This document shows positions 49,467 to 57,972 of a DNA stretch of 64,000 nucleotides, one piece after another (within the stretch, counting starts at the first letter, position 1; the number at the start of each line of letters is the position of its first letter). The DNA is from Bacteroidota bacterium. GTDB taxonomy: Bacteria > Bacteroidota > Bacteroidia > Bacteroidales > FEN-979. Location of the stretch: the NCBI GenBank assembly GCA_037137455.1, contig JBAXKG010000004.1, forward strand, positions 36,127 through 100,126, in the 5' to 3' direction. The notes beneath the pieces are model-generated. The model had not been told where the DNA came from. It made no database searches and saw only the letters and a program-made list of their open reading frames with translations. The translations under genes were made by a program, and so were the position numbers.

Positions 49467-49961
49467 ATGAAAACCCTTTACCTGGTCCGCCATGCCAAAG
49501 CCTCCTGGGAAGAGCCAGGGGTGTCGGATTCCGACCGTCCGCTGATTCCCAAGGGTGTTACCAGAACTAAACTGATCGTGGATTTTCTGGTGAAAAGGGA
49601 GACTTCTGTTGACCTTATGGTATCGAGTCCGGCTGTTCGTGCTCATGAAACCGCTAAAATCGTGGCTGCTGGGTTGAACTACCCGGCGAACAGAATCAGG
49701 ATAGACCGGAAAATCTATGATGGTTATTATGACCGGATCCTCGACATCATTTACAACACATCCAACGATATTAATTCCCTGATGATTTTCGGTCACAATC
49801 CGACCATCACAAGCCTTGCAAACCTCTTTTTACATCCGGGAATCGAAATTATGCCGACTTCCTGCGTGGTGTGCCTTTCGTTCATCGTTGATAAATGGGA
49901 AGAAATTCCATCGAACGAAGCTATCCGTGAATTCATTGTTTCTCCAAAGATGCTGAAATAA
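49467..49961 (+). CDS. sixA: SixA-like histidine phosphatase (phosphohistidine phosphatase family)
   Basis: YLVRHAKASW...DRPL and MIFGHNP motifs. ATG 49467 preferred over TTG 49440. Confidence 0.7.
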   Translation: MKTLYLVRHAKASWEEPGVSDSDRPLIPKGVTRTKLIVDFLVKRETSVDLMVSSPAVRAHETAKIVAAGLNYPANRIRIDRKIYDGYYDRILDIIYNTSNDINSLMIFGHNPTITSLANLFLHPGIEIMPTSCVVCLSFIVDKWEEIPSNEAIREFIVSPKMLK

Positions 49962-49962
49962 C

Positions 49963-52017
49963 ATGGCTGCCAATCAGAAAGTACCTATCCTTAACCGTGA
50001 TCTCAACTGGCTCTATTTCAATGGCCGGGTATTGCAGGAAGCAGCTGATTCGCGCAATCCGCTTTTGGAACGGTTGAAGTTCCTGGGAATTTTCTCCAAC
50101 AACCGCGATGAATTTTTCCGTGTAAGGGTGGCCACCCTGAACCGCCTGCTTAAGGTGGAGCGATTCCAATACGATACCCCGGTAAATCCAAAGAAAGCGC
50201 TAAAGGAGATCGGAACATTGGTTCAATCGCAGGAACGTGAATTTATTGAGGTTTATGAAAAAATCCTGAGTGATCTGGCGCTTCATGATATCTTTATTGT
50301 TAACGAAACACAGCTCAGCGAATCTCAGGGAGCATTCGTTCGAAAATATTTCAGGGAGCAAGTCCGGGTGGGATTGTTCCCAATCATGATCAGCAGTTTA
50401 CGCGACATTTCATCGCTCCGTGATAAATCCATTTACCTGGCCGTTACAATCGGGCGCCACGACAAAGCCCTCAAAGATGATTACGCGCTGATTGAATTGC
50501 CCACGAAAACCATTTCCCGCTTCCTGATCCTGCCCACCGAAGGGGAAAAACGCTATATCATCCTGCTCGATGACATAATCAGGTACTGCCTTTCCGAGAT
50601 ATTTTCCATCTTCGGTTACGACACTTTTTCAGCATATACGGTAAAAATCACCCGTGATGCTGAAATTGATATTGACACCGATGTTTCCAAGAGTTTTCTG
50701 GAAGTGATGACCGAAAGCCTGAAACAACGGAAACGTGGCATTCCCGTGCGGTTTGTTTATGATAAATCAATTCCGGAGGATTTGTTGAAGATCATCACCA
50801 AACGCCTTGAAATTACTAAAGACGATCCTGTCAGGGGGGGCGGGCGATATCATAATTTCAAAGATTTCATGGGATTTCCCAACCTGGGCCATCGTGAACT
50901 TGAGTATGAGCCCCTGATCCCTTTGATGCATAAGGATTTGCCATTGAACAGGAGCATCCTTTCATCAATAAGGCAGAAAGACATCATGCTTCATTATCCC
51001 TATCAGTCGTTCCAGTATATTATTGATCTTCTTCGAGAAGCCTCTATCGATCCCAAGGTACGGTCGATCAAAATGACTATTTACCGGGCAGCAAAAAATT
51101 CGAGCGTCATCAATGCCATGATCAACGCGGCAAGAAATGGCAAATATGTGACTGTTTTCATGGAGCTCCAGGCACGGTTTGATGAGGAGGCCAACATCTT
51201 CTGGACGGAAAGATTGCGCGAAGAGGGTGTGAAGGTCATTCACAGCATTCCGGGTTTTAAAGTTCACAGCAAACTGATCCTGATCCGGCGAAAAGAGAAT
51301 GCAAACAACTTCTTCTTTGCATTTATCGGTACAGGGAATTTCAATGAAGACACAGCCAGAATTTATTCTGATGTAAGTCTGCTTACTGCAAATCAAACGA
51401 TTTGCGCTGATGTGGTGAATGCCTTTCACCTGATCGAAGAGAGTTATCGCCCTTACAAGTTTAAAGCGTTGGTGGTTTCTCCTGTAAACATGCGCAATTT
51501 CTATATTAAAATGTTGAACAATGAGATCCATCATGCTGTTGCGGGCAGGGAAGCATGGGTCATCATCAAGCTGAACAGCCTTGTAGATGCGGCAATGGTG
51601 AAAAAGCTTTACAAAGCCAGCCAGGCCGGGGTCAAAATCAAGCTCATAATACGTGGAATTTGCACGCTTGTTCCGGGAATACCGGGATTAAGTGATAACA
51701 TTGAAGCTGTCAGCATTGTAGACCGCTTCCTGGAACATGCCCGGATCGTGGTTTTTTGCAATGGCGGCGACAATCAATATTATATTACATCAGCCGACTG
51801 GATGGTACGGAACTTCGATAACCGTATAGAAGTCGCAACTCCGATCATTGATCCGGGAATACAGGAACAGCTCAAAAAAATGCTCGAAATTCAATTATCC
51901 GATAATGTCAAAGCGAGGATAATCGGTCCGGGAGAACAAAATAGATACAAAAAGACCAAAGGAGCGGCAATTCGTTCGCAGGCAGAAATATATAACTATC
52001 TGAAAGAGCAGGTTTAG
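49963..52017 (+). CDS. ppk: polyphosphate kinase 1
   Basis: N-terminal NRDLNWLYFNGRVL, two PLD-like HKD-type C domains (VHSKLILI...). 684 aa. Confidence 0.95.
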   Translation: MAANQKVPILNRDLNWLYFNGRVLQEAADSRNPLLERLKFLGIFSNNRDEFFRVRVATLNRLLKVERFQYDTPVNPKKALKEIGTLVQSQEREFIEVYEKILSDLALHDIFIVNETQLSESQGAFVRKYFREQVRVGLFPIMISSLRDISSLRDKSIYLAVTIGRHDKALKDDYALIELPTKTISRFLILPTEGEKRYIILLDDIIRYCLSEIFSIFGYDTFSAYTVKITRDAEIDIDTDVSKSFLEVMTESLKQRKRGIPVRFVYDKSIPEDLLKIITKRLEITKDDPVRGGGRYHNFKDFMGFPNLGHRELEYEPLIPLMHKDLPLNRSILSSIRQKDIMLHYPYQSFQYIIDLLREASIDPKVRSIKMTIYRAAKNSSVINAMINAARNGKYVTVFMELQARFDEEANIFWTERLREEGVKVIHSIPGFKVHSKLILIRRKENANNFFFAFIGTGNFNEDTARIYSDVSLLTANQTICADVVNAFHLIEESYRPYKFKALVVSPVNMRNFYIKMLNNEIHHAVAGREAWVIIKLNSLVDAAMVKKLYKASQAGVKIKLIIRGICTLVPGIPGLSDNIEAVSIVDRFLEHARIVVFCNGGDNQYYITSADWMVRNFDNRIEVATPIIDPGIQEQLKKMLEIQLSDNVKARIIGPGEQNRYKKTKGAAIRSQAEIYNYLKEQV

Positions 52018-52048
52018 TGAGCGGTGAGCAGTGAGCGGTGAGTGGTGG
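52018..52048. repeat. tandem heptamers TGAGCGG TGAGCAG TGAGCGG TGAGTGG TGG directly after the ppk stop
   Basis: Read directly. TGA occurs at 52018, 52025, 52032 and 52039. Confidence 0.9.
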
Positions 52049-52067
52049 AATGGCTTAGTAGTTCATG

Positions 52068-52086
52068 AATCGTAAATCGTAAATCC
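52068..52086. repeat. tandem heptamers AATCGTA x2.7
   Basis: Read directly: aatcgta aatcgta aatcc. Confidence 0.85.
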
Positions 52087-52095
52087 AAAATTTCA

Positions 52096-52410
52096 ATGTC
52101 TGTCCTAAAAACCATCTTCCGGATCCTCATCAACAAATACTTCCTTACAACGGTGGCATTTGTGATATGGATGGTTTTTTTCGACAGCAATAATATGTTG
52201 ACAAGAAACCGGTTGCAAGAAAAGCTGGACGGGCTGAATGTTGAGAAACAATTTTATCTTCAGGAAATAAAAAAGGACTCAACCTTGTCGCAACAGTTAA
52301 TAAGTGACAGCGCCGAGTTGGAGAAGTTTGCCCGGGAGCGTTATCTTATGAAAAAAGGTAATGAGGATATTTTTCTTGTCATTGATACTACTGCGGATCT
52401 ACATCGATAA
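52096..52410 (+). CDS. FtsB/DivIC-family septum formation initiator
   Basis: 104 aa. N-terminal TM followed by a coiled coil (…LQEKLDGLNVEKQFYLQEIKK…) and a conserved ...ERYLMKK tail. Confidence 0.6.
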   Translation: MSVLKTIFRILINKYFLTTVAFVIWMVFFDSNNMLTRNRLQEKLDGLNVEKQFYLQEIKKDSTLSQQLISDSAELEKFARERYLMKKGNEDIFLVIDTTADLHR

Positions 52411-54886
52411 CAACCCTGACTGGTCTGAAGGCAGGTTCCTGCTGAAATTTTTCAACCTCCCCCACAAGTTTTGCTTTCATCGCTGCCGATGAAACGCCAT
52501 GTTCAATCTTGAACATGATATGCTTGATAAAATAGTTCATGATCCTTGATACCATTGGGAATTCAGGGCCAAGGATCCGCTTTCCGAATACTTTTCGCAA
52601 TGATTTAGCCAGTTCATCCGCGGCTTTATTCAACAAATCGGGATCCTTGTGTTTCAATTTCAAAAGTACCAGCCGTGTATATGGCGGGTACCTGAACTTC
52701 TCTCTCTCAACAAGTTGCTGTCTGAACAATGCCTTGAAGTCATTTTTTACAACATATCTGATAACCGGGTGATCGGGATTATAGGTTTGGATTATCACCT
52801 TACCTTGATTATTTCTCCGGCCCGAACGGCCACTTACCTGAGCCATTAGTTGAAAACTACGTTCAGCTGCCCTGAAATCGGGATAACTCAGCATATTATC
52901 GGCATTCAGAATAGATACAAGGCTTACGTTGTCAAAATCGAGGCCTTTGGTAACCATTTGTGTACCAACGAGGATATCGATTTTCCTGGCTTCAAAATCG
53001 CCGATAATCTGTTGGAGTGAATGCTTGCTTCGTGTCGTATCGAGGTCCATGCGCGAAATCCGTGCCTTCGGAAAGATCAAGCCAAGCTCCTCCTCCACCT
53101 TTTCGGTTCCAAAGCCCCGCATTTTAATATTCAGTCCCTGGCAATCAGGACATTTATCAGGAATCCGTGATACGAAACCACAATAATGACATCGAAGCTG
53201 ATTGTTCTTCTTATGATACACTAGGGTGACATCGCAATTTTTACAAGAGGGCATCCAATGACAGGTATCACATTCGAGCCGAAGTGAAAACCCGCGTCGG
53301 TTCTGGAAAAGAATGACCTGTTCACTTTTAGATAGCGCCGTTTCAAGTTGACCCAGTAATACCGATGAGAAATGACTTTTCATTAATCCCTGGCGCAGTG
53401 ACTCTTTAACGCTTACAACCTGGATCAATGGCATTTCCATGTTGGCATACCGTTCAAATAATTCGACGAGGCCATATTTCCCCTGCATTGCATTAAAATA
53501 GGTTTCCACCGAAGGGGTGGCCGAACCCAACAAGGTTTTAGCGCCATGCAAATGGGCCAGGTATATTGCAGAATCTCGTCCGTTGTAACGCGGGGCGGGA
53601 TCCATTTGTTTAAAAGATGAGTCATGTTCTTCATCAACCACCACGAGTCCGAGGTTTGAAAAAGGCAGAAATACAGAAGATCGGGCTCCAAGAATAATAT
53701 CGTACTGCCTGTTTACTGATCCGGGCAGGTTATTTTCAAGAACGGCTTTCCAGATTTCAACCCGTTCATGTACATTAAAGCGAGAATGATAAACCCCTAC
53801 CCTGTTTCCGAAATATTTTCTCAAACGGCTGATTATTTGAGTTGTCAGCGCAATTTCCGGCAACATGAACAACACCTGTTTCCCCTGGTCAATAACATCG
53901 CGGATCAGCTTGATATAAATTTCGGTCTTTCCGCTGGAGGTAACTCCGTGCAACAAGACAACATCTTTGGTTTCAAACGACTGCCTGATTTTTACTATAG
54001 CCTCCTGCTGGCCCTCAGTAAGTTCTAACATCCCGGCAGATGACTCTTGACTTGTCGTATCAAAACGGCTTACAAGTTTTTCATATGATTCGAACACACC
54101 TTTGCCAATCAGGATTTCAAGCTGGGTCGAACTTCCCTTCGATTGCTTAAGCAGGTCAGGCCTTTTCACCTCTTTTAGAACTCCAAACCCATATTGTGAA
54201 AGTCTGATAAAGGTCATCACAATCTCAAGTTGCTTCCTGGCACGCTTTTCCAGTCGATCGAACAGCGATTTCAAAGCCTCTTCATCATCTGCGTATTCAG
54301 GTGTAAGCCTAACAAAATCTTCCCTTTTTGGCTTATATGGATCATTAAGTTCTTCTTCAGGAAGGATAATGCCTTTCTCGATCAGCGTTTTGATCAAAGG
54401 AATTGTTTTCTGCTGGTCGAGGATTTTAGCTACCTCGGAAATGGCAATCGTTTTGCGGTTTTGGAGCGCTTCGACCAGCAGTAGTTCCTTCTCATTCAGT
54501 GGCGGAAGTTCAGCGGGTAGTGCAGGGTTCAGGGCAATTTTGGATTCGCTGGCCAGTTTCAGCGCAGAAGGCAGGGAGGCATTCATCACCTCTCCTTTAT
54601 GGCAAAGGTAGTAAAGAGCCAGCCAGTCCCAGAATCTGACCTGTACAGGCGATACTATCGGGTTTTCATCCAGCACCGAAAGGATATATTTGGGTATCCG
54701 GTCTTTGGGAGGCTGCTCATGTACTTTGGAAACCAGCGCAGTATAAATTTTTCTGGGGCCAAATTGAACAACCACGCGGATCCCCTCCTTCACCTGGGCA
54801 TTCAGGTCGAAGGGCACACGATAGGTGAATGTTCCTCCCACCGGAAGAGGCAATAAGACATCAGCAAACAGAGTGATTCTTTCCAA
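52388..54886 (-). CDS. priA: primosomal protein N' (replication restart helicase)
   Basis: GVTSSGKTE Walker A, VVDEEHD, and the Cys-rich zinc region CDTCHW...CKNCD...CHYCG...CPDC. Confidence 0.93.
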   Translation of the reverse strand: MERITLFADVLLPLPVGGTFTYRVPFDLNAQVKEGIRVVVQFGPRKIYTALVSKVHEQPPKDRIPKYILSVLDENPIVSPVQVRFWDWLALYYLCHKGEVMNASLPSALKLASESKIALNPALPAELPPLNEKELLLVEALQNRKTIAISEVAKILDQQKTIPLIKTLIEKGIILPEEELNDPYKPKREDFVRLTPEYADDEEALKSLFDRLEKRARKQLEIVMTFIRLSQYGFGVLKEVKRPDLLKQSKGSSTQLEILIGKGVFESYEKLVSRFDTTSQESSAGMLELTEGQQEAIVKIRQSFETKDVVLLHGVTSSGKTEIYIKLIRDVIDQGKQVLFMLPEIALTTQIISRLRKYFGNRVGVYHSRFNVHERVEIWKAVLENNLPGSVNRQYDIILGARSSVFLPFSNLGLVVVDEEHDSSFKQMDPAPRYNGRDSAIYLAHLHGAKTLLGSATPSVETYFNAMQGKYGLVELFERYANMEMPLIQVVSVKESLRQGLMKSHFSSVLLGQLETALSKSEQVILFQNRRGFSLRLECDTCHWMPSCKNCDVTLVYHKKNNQLRCHYCGFVSRIPDKCPDCQGLNIKMRGFGTEKVEEELGLIFPKARISRMDLDTTRSKHSLQQIIGDFEARKIDILVGTQMVTKGLDFDNVSLVSILNADNMLSYPDFRAAERSFQLMAQVSGRSGRRNNQGKVIIQTYNPDHPVIRYVVKNDFKALFRQQLVEREKFRYPPYTRLVLLKLKHKDPDLLNKAADELAKSLRKVFGKRILGPEFPMVSRIMNYFIKHIMFKIEHGVSSAAMKAKLVGEVEKFQQEPAFRPVRVVIDVDPQ

Positions 54887-54906
54887 TTAAAAAAAGCTTT
54901 AACGCT

Positions 54907-55887
54907 TTACAGGGCAAGGATGCGCGACATTTCCAGCAACTCCTTGTTAATATCCTTATGGTGTTTGATGGCCTTATCAAACGGTGTGAAAACCACCTCT
55001 TTGTTTACGATTCCTGCCATTTCACCACGATGACCTTTCAGCAAGCCCTGCACAGAAATGTAACCCAAAGTGCTTGCCAGCACGCGGTCGTAAGCGCTTG
55101 GTGACCCTCCGCGCTGGATATGTCCAAGGATTGTAACCCGGGCATCCATTTCGGGCAGTTTTTCCTTCACTTTTTTGGCGACTTCATATGCTCCCCCCAT
55201 TTCATCCCCTTCTGCCACTATAACAATCCCTGAGGTTTTGCTCCTGCGCCAGTCGTGCTTCAGCAGTCGTGCAAAGTTGTCGATGTAGGTCGTAGTTTCG
55301 GGAACCAGAATGAACTCGGCGCCGCAGGCAATTCCGCTGCGAAGGGCGATGAAACCAGCATCACGTCCCATCACCTCGATAAAAAATAGCCGTTCATGTG
55401 AATTGGCGGTATCACGAATTTTATCTGCCGCCTCAACCACCGTGTTAACTGCGGTATCGTATCCGATGGTGGCATCGGTTCCATACAGATCGTTGTCGAT
55501 TGTACCGGGCAAACCTATGATTGGAAAATCGAACTCCTTATCAAATAATGAAGCGCCGGTAAAGGTGCCATTCCCGCCGATGGTTACCAGAGCATCGATG
55601 TTGTGCTCCTTAAGATTCTCGTAGGCCTTAAGCCGCCCATTATATTCCATGAAACGCTTGCTTCTTGCTGTTTTAAGGATAGTGCCGCCGCGCTGGATGA
55701 TGTTCGAAACAGAGTTGCTGTACATCTGTTCAATTTGGTTATCGATCATTCCCTCATAACCGCGGTATATGCCGAAAACATCAAGCCCGCTGAAAATTGC
55801 AGTTCGCACCACCGCCCTGATGGCGGCATTCATTCCCGGGGAATCGCCTCCGGAGGTCATAACACCGATTCGGGTTATTTGAGCCAT
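54907..55887 (-). CDS. pfkA: ATP-dependent 6-phosphofructokinase
   Basis: GVMTSGGDSPGMNAAIR, PGTIDND, MGRDAG. Confidence 0.95.
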   Translation of the reverse strand: MAQITRIGVMTSGGDSPGMNAAIRAVVRTAIFSGLDVFGIYRGYEGMIDNQIEQMYSNSVSNIIQRGGTILKTARSKRFMEYNGRLKAYENLKEHNIDALVTIGGNGTFTGASLFDKEFDFPIIGLPGTIDNDLYGTDATIGYDTAVNTVVEAADKIRDTANSHERLFFIEVMGRDAGFIALRSGIACGAEFILVPETTTYIDNFARLLKHDWRRSKTSGIVIVAEGDEMGGAYEVAKKVKEKLPEMDARVTILGHIQRGGSPSAYDRVLASTLGYISVQGLLKGHRGEMAGIVNKEVVFTPFDKAIKHHKDINKELLEMSRILAL

Positions 55888-55976
55888 ATTTATTGAATAA
55901 ACATTATGAATTACGATCGTCGATTTATTTTATAGTGAGGATTTCAAATTGTCCTACTGTTCACGAGTAACAGAGC

Positions 55977-56006
55977 TTACCAATTACCAGCATACCAGCT
56001 TGCCAA
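55977..56006. repeat. degenerate 7-8 nt tandem units TTACCAA TTACCAG CATACCAG CTTGCCAA
   Basis: Read directly in the pfkA / hypothetical-gene divergent spacer. Confidence 0.6.
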
Positions 56007-56128
56007 CTTCTTCCATTGGCAAAAGTACAAAATTTGAACTATGATGCATCTATCCGGTCTTCATCAATGAAAAAGTCAGATAAAGGAATATTGTAGTAAA
56101 AAAATATACAATTATTCGTTTTATGACG

Positions 56129-56136
56129 TAACTTTG
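56129..56136 (+). promoter_or_regulatory. -7 promoter box TAACTTTG
   Basis: Exact TAnnTTTG 26 nt upstream of ATG 56162. Confidence 0.45.
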
Positions 56137-56161
56137 AATATAAAATTTAAATCTGAACACC

Positions 56162-56662
56162 ATGAAAACAAGAATGCTGTTAACCTGTTTCGTCGTGTCG
56201 GCCATAATGAGCCAGGCACAAAACCTGAATCTTCCCACATCAACTGACGTGAAGAAAGTTGAGCAGAATGTAAAAAGCGAAGCGACCAAAGCCACAAACA
56301 AGGCCAGTATCGGCAGCCTGATCGGACAACTAACCGGAAACATATCTGACAATGCCTTCACCGGTTCCTTCAAAAAGAATAAAAGTGATTTTATAAGCAA
56401 AACGAATAATATTAAAGATGCTGCAGGGGCTTCTACTGCCCTGCAGTCATTGCAAGGAGGTTTGCTCCCCTCAGCTATGGATGCCGGATGGGGCAGCATA
56501 AAAAATAAGTGGATAAAGGATGCTAAGACAGCCAATACTATGAAGGGGGTCGCAGCAGTTGCCGGAACCCTTGAGGCAAATATCAACGACAGCTTTTATA
56601 AAGGCAGCTGGGCACAGGCAAGACCGGCATGGCAGGCGGCATTGGGGGCATTGGCGAAGTAG
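56162..56662 (+). CDS. hypothetical secreted protein
   Basis: Clear signal peptide (…SAIMSQAQN) and a promoter box upstream. No family recognised. Confidence 0.5.
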   Translation: MKTRMLLTCFVVSAIMSQAQNLNLPTSTDVKKVEQNVKSEATKATNKASIGSLIGQLTGNISDNAFTGSFKKNKSDFISKTNNIKDAAGASTALQSLQGGLLPSAMDAGWGSIKNKWIKDAKTANTMKGVAAVAGTLEANINDSFYKGSWAQARPAWQAALGALAK

Positions 56663-56753
56663 CAAAACAGCGACAGTGGGAAATGCGAAGCATTCACGAA
56701 CACCCGTGAAAATGAATATGAATTGGGTAAATGGCAAAAGGTAAAACAGCGTA

Positions 56754-57899
56754 TTATGTTGAATACCCCTTTTTCCCTGCAAACAGGTCGAATTTCAGAA
56801 ACCGGCATTCCAGCGGACCGTTGAATACAGGGATCCGGCGTGACGGACGCAAACCGATAAACTTTACCGATTCAAGGTCTGACGAAATCAGCCATACTGT
56901 ATATCCGGCATATTTCCGTTTAAGGGTGTCGCCGATCATTTTATAAAACGCCAGCGAGTCTTCGATTTGAAGTCGTTCATCATAAGGAGGGTTTGAAATA
57001 ATAAAGCCCTTCACGAATGGAGCTTTCGAATCCTCAAATGATATCACCTCCAGGGTTATGTCTTCATAAAGGTTCGTAAAACGCAAATTTTCGCGTGCCG
57101 ATTCGATGGCACGTTCTGCACGGTCGGAGCCATGCATTTTCAACTTCACCGGTGATATGAGGGCATTGCAATCATCTTTGACTTTTTCCCACAGCGATGA
57201 ATCAAAATCCCGCCATTTCATAAAACCCCATTGCTCGCGAAAATAACCGGCCGGCATATTTTTGGCCAGCATGGCCGCTTCGATCAGCAGTGTTCCCGAA
57301 CCGCACATCGGGTCGAATAATGGTGTGACAGTATCCCATTCCGAAAGTTTCACCAATCCTGCAGCTAATACTTCATTGATGGGCGCCGGGCCAGTACTTT
57401 TCCGGTATCCCCGTCGGTGTAAGGATTGCCCGGATGAATCAAGCGCAACAGTACATAAATCTTTGAAGAGGTGTACATTTATTTTCAGATCGGGGTTCTC
57501 AAGGTCAACTGATGGCCGCTTGCCAAGTTTATCCCTTAACCTGTCAACAATGGCATCTTTCGATTTCTGCGCGACAAACTGCGAATTGGTAAAAACAGTG
57601 TAAGAAATTACTGCATCAATGGCCAGGGAGTGATCGGCATCAAGATATTCTTCCCACGGAAATTCATAAATTTTTTCGTAAAGGTCTTTTTGTTCAAGAA
57701 TTTCAAAGTGAAACAAGGGTTTCAGGATTCGCAAGGCGGTGCGGCAGGAATAATTAATCCTGTACATCATTTCGGTGTCGCCTGTAAAAGAAACTGCACG
57801 GTTCAGTTTCATGATATCATTGGCGCCAATTGCCACTAATTCGCGCGCCAGCACATCTTCAAGTCCCGAGATGGTCTTTGCGATCAAGGGGAAATTCAT
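56754..57899 (-). CDS. THUMP-domain class I SAM-dependent RNA methyltransferase (RlmL/UPF0020-like)
   Basis: N-terminal THUMP-like region, DPMCGSGT SAM motif, ISNPPYDERL catalytic motif. Confidence 0.85.
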   Translation of the reverse strand: MNFPLIAKTISGLEDVLARELVAIGANDIMKLNRAVSFTGDTEMMYRINYSCRTALRILKPLFHFEILEQKDLYEKIYEFPWEEYLDADHSLAIDAVISYTVFTNSQFVAQKSKDAIVDRLRDKLGKRPSVDLENPDLKINVHLFKDLCTVALDSSGQSLHRRGYRKSTGPAPINEVLAAGLVKLSEWDTVTPLFDPMCGSGTLLIEAAMLAKNMPAGYFREQWGFMKWRDFDSSLWEKVKDDCNALISPVKLKMHGSDRAERAIESARENLRFTNLYEDITLEVISFEDSKAPFVKGFIISNPPYDERLQIEDSLAFYKMIGDTLKRKYAGYTVWLISSDLESVKFIGLRPSRRIPVFNGPLECRFLKFDLFAGKKGYST

Positions 57900-57947
57900 T
57901 TGTTTTCCGGGTTAATTTTTGGGAAAGTTACGACTATTTTAAATTCT

Positions 57948-57955
57948 TACCTTTG
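57948..57955 (+). promoter_or_regulatory. -7 promoter box TACCTTTG
   Basis: Exact TAnnTTTG 18 nt upstream of ATG 57973. Confidence 0.45.
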
Positions 57956-57972
57956 AAAAAAATCACACCTCC

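Noticed and set aside
56050-56586. 178-aa minus-strand ORF overlapping the 56162-56662 plus-strand ORF
   Set aside because: The plus-strand ORF has a canonical signal peptide and a TAnnTTTG box 26 nt upstream. The minus-strand ORF has neither, and it would run through the divergent promoter region.
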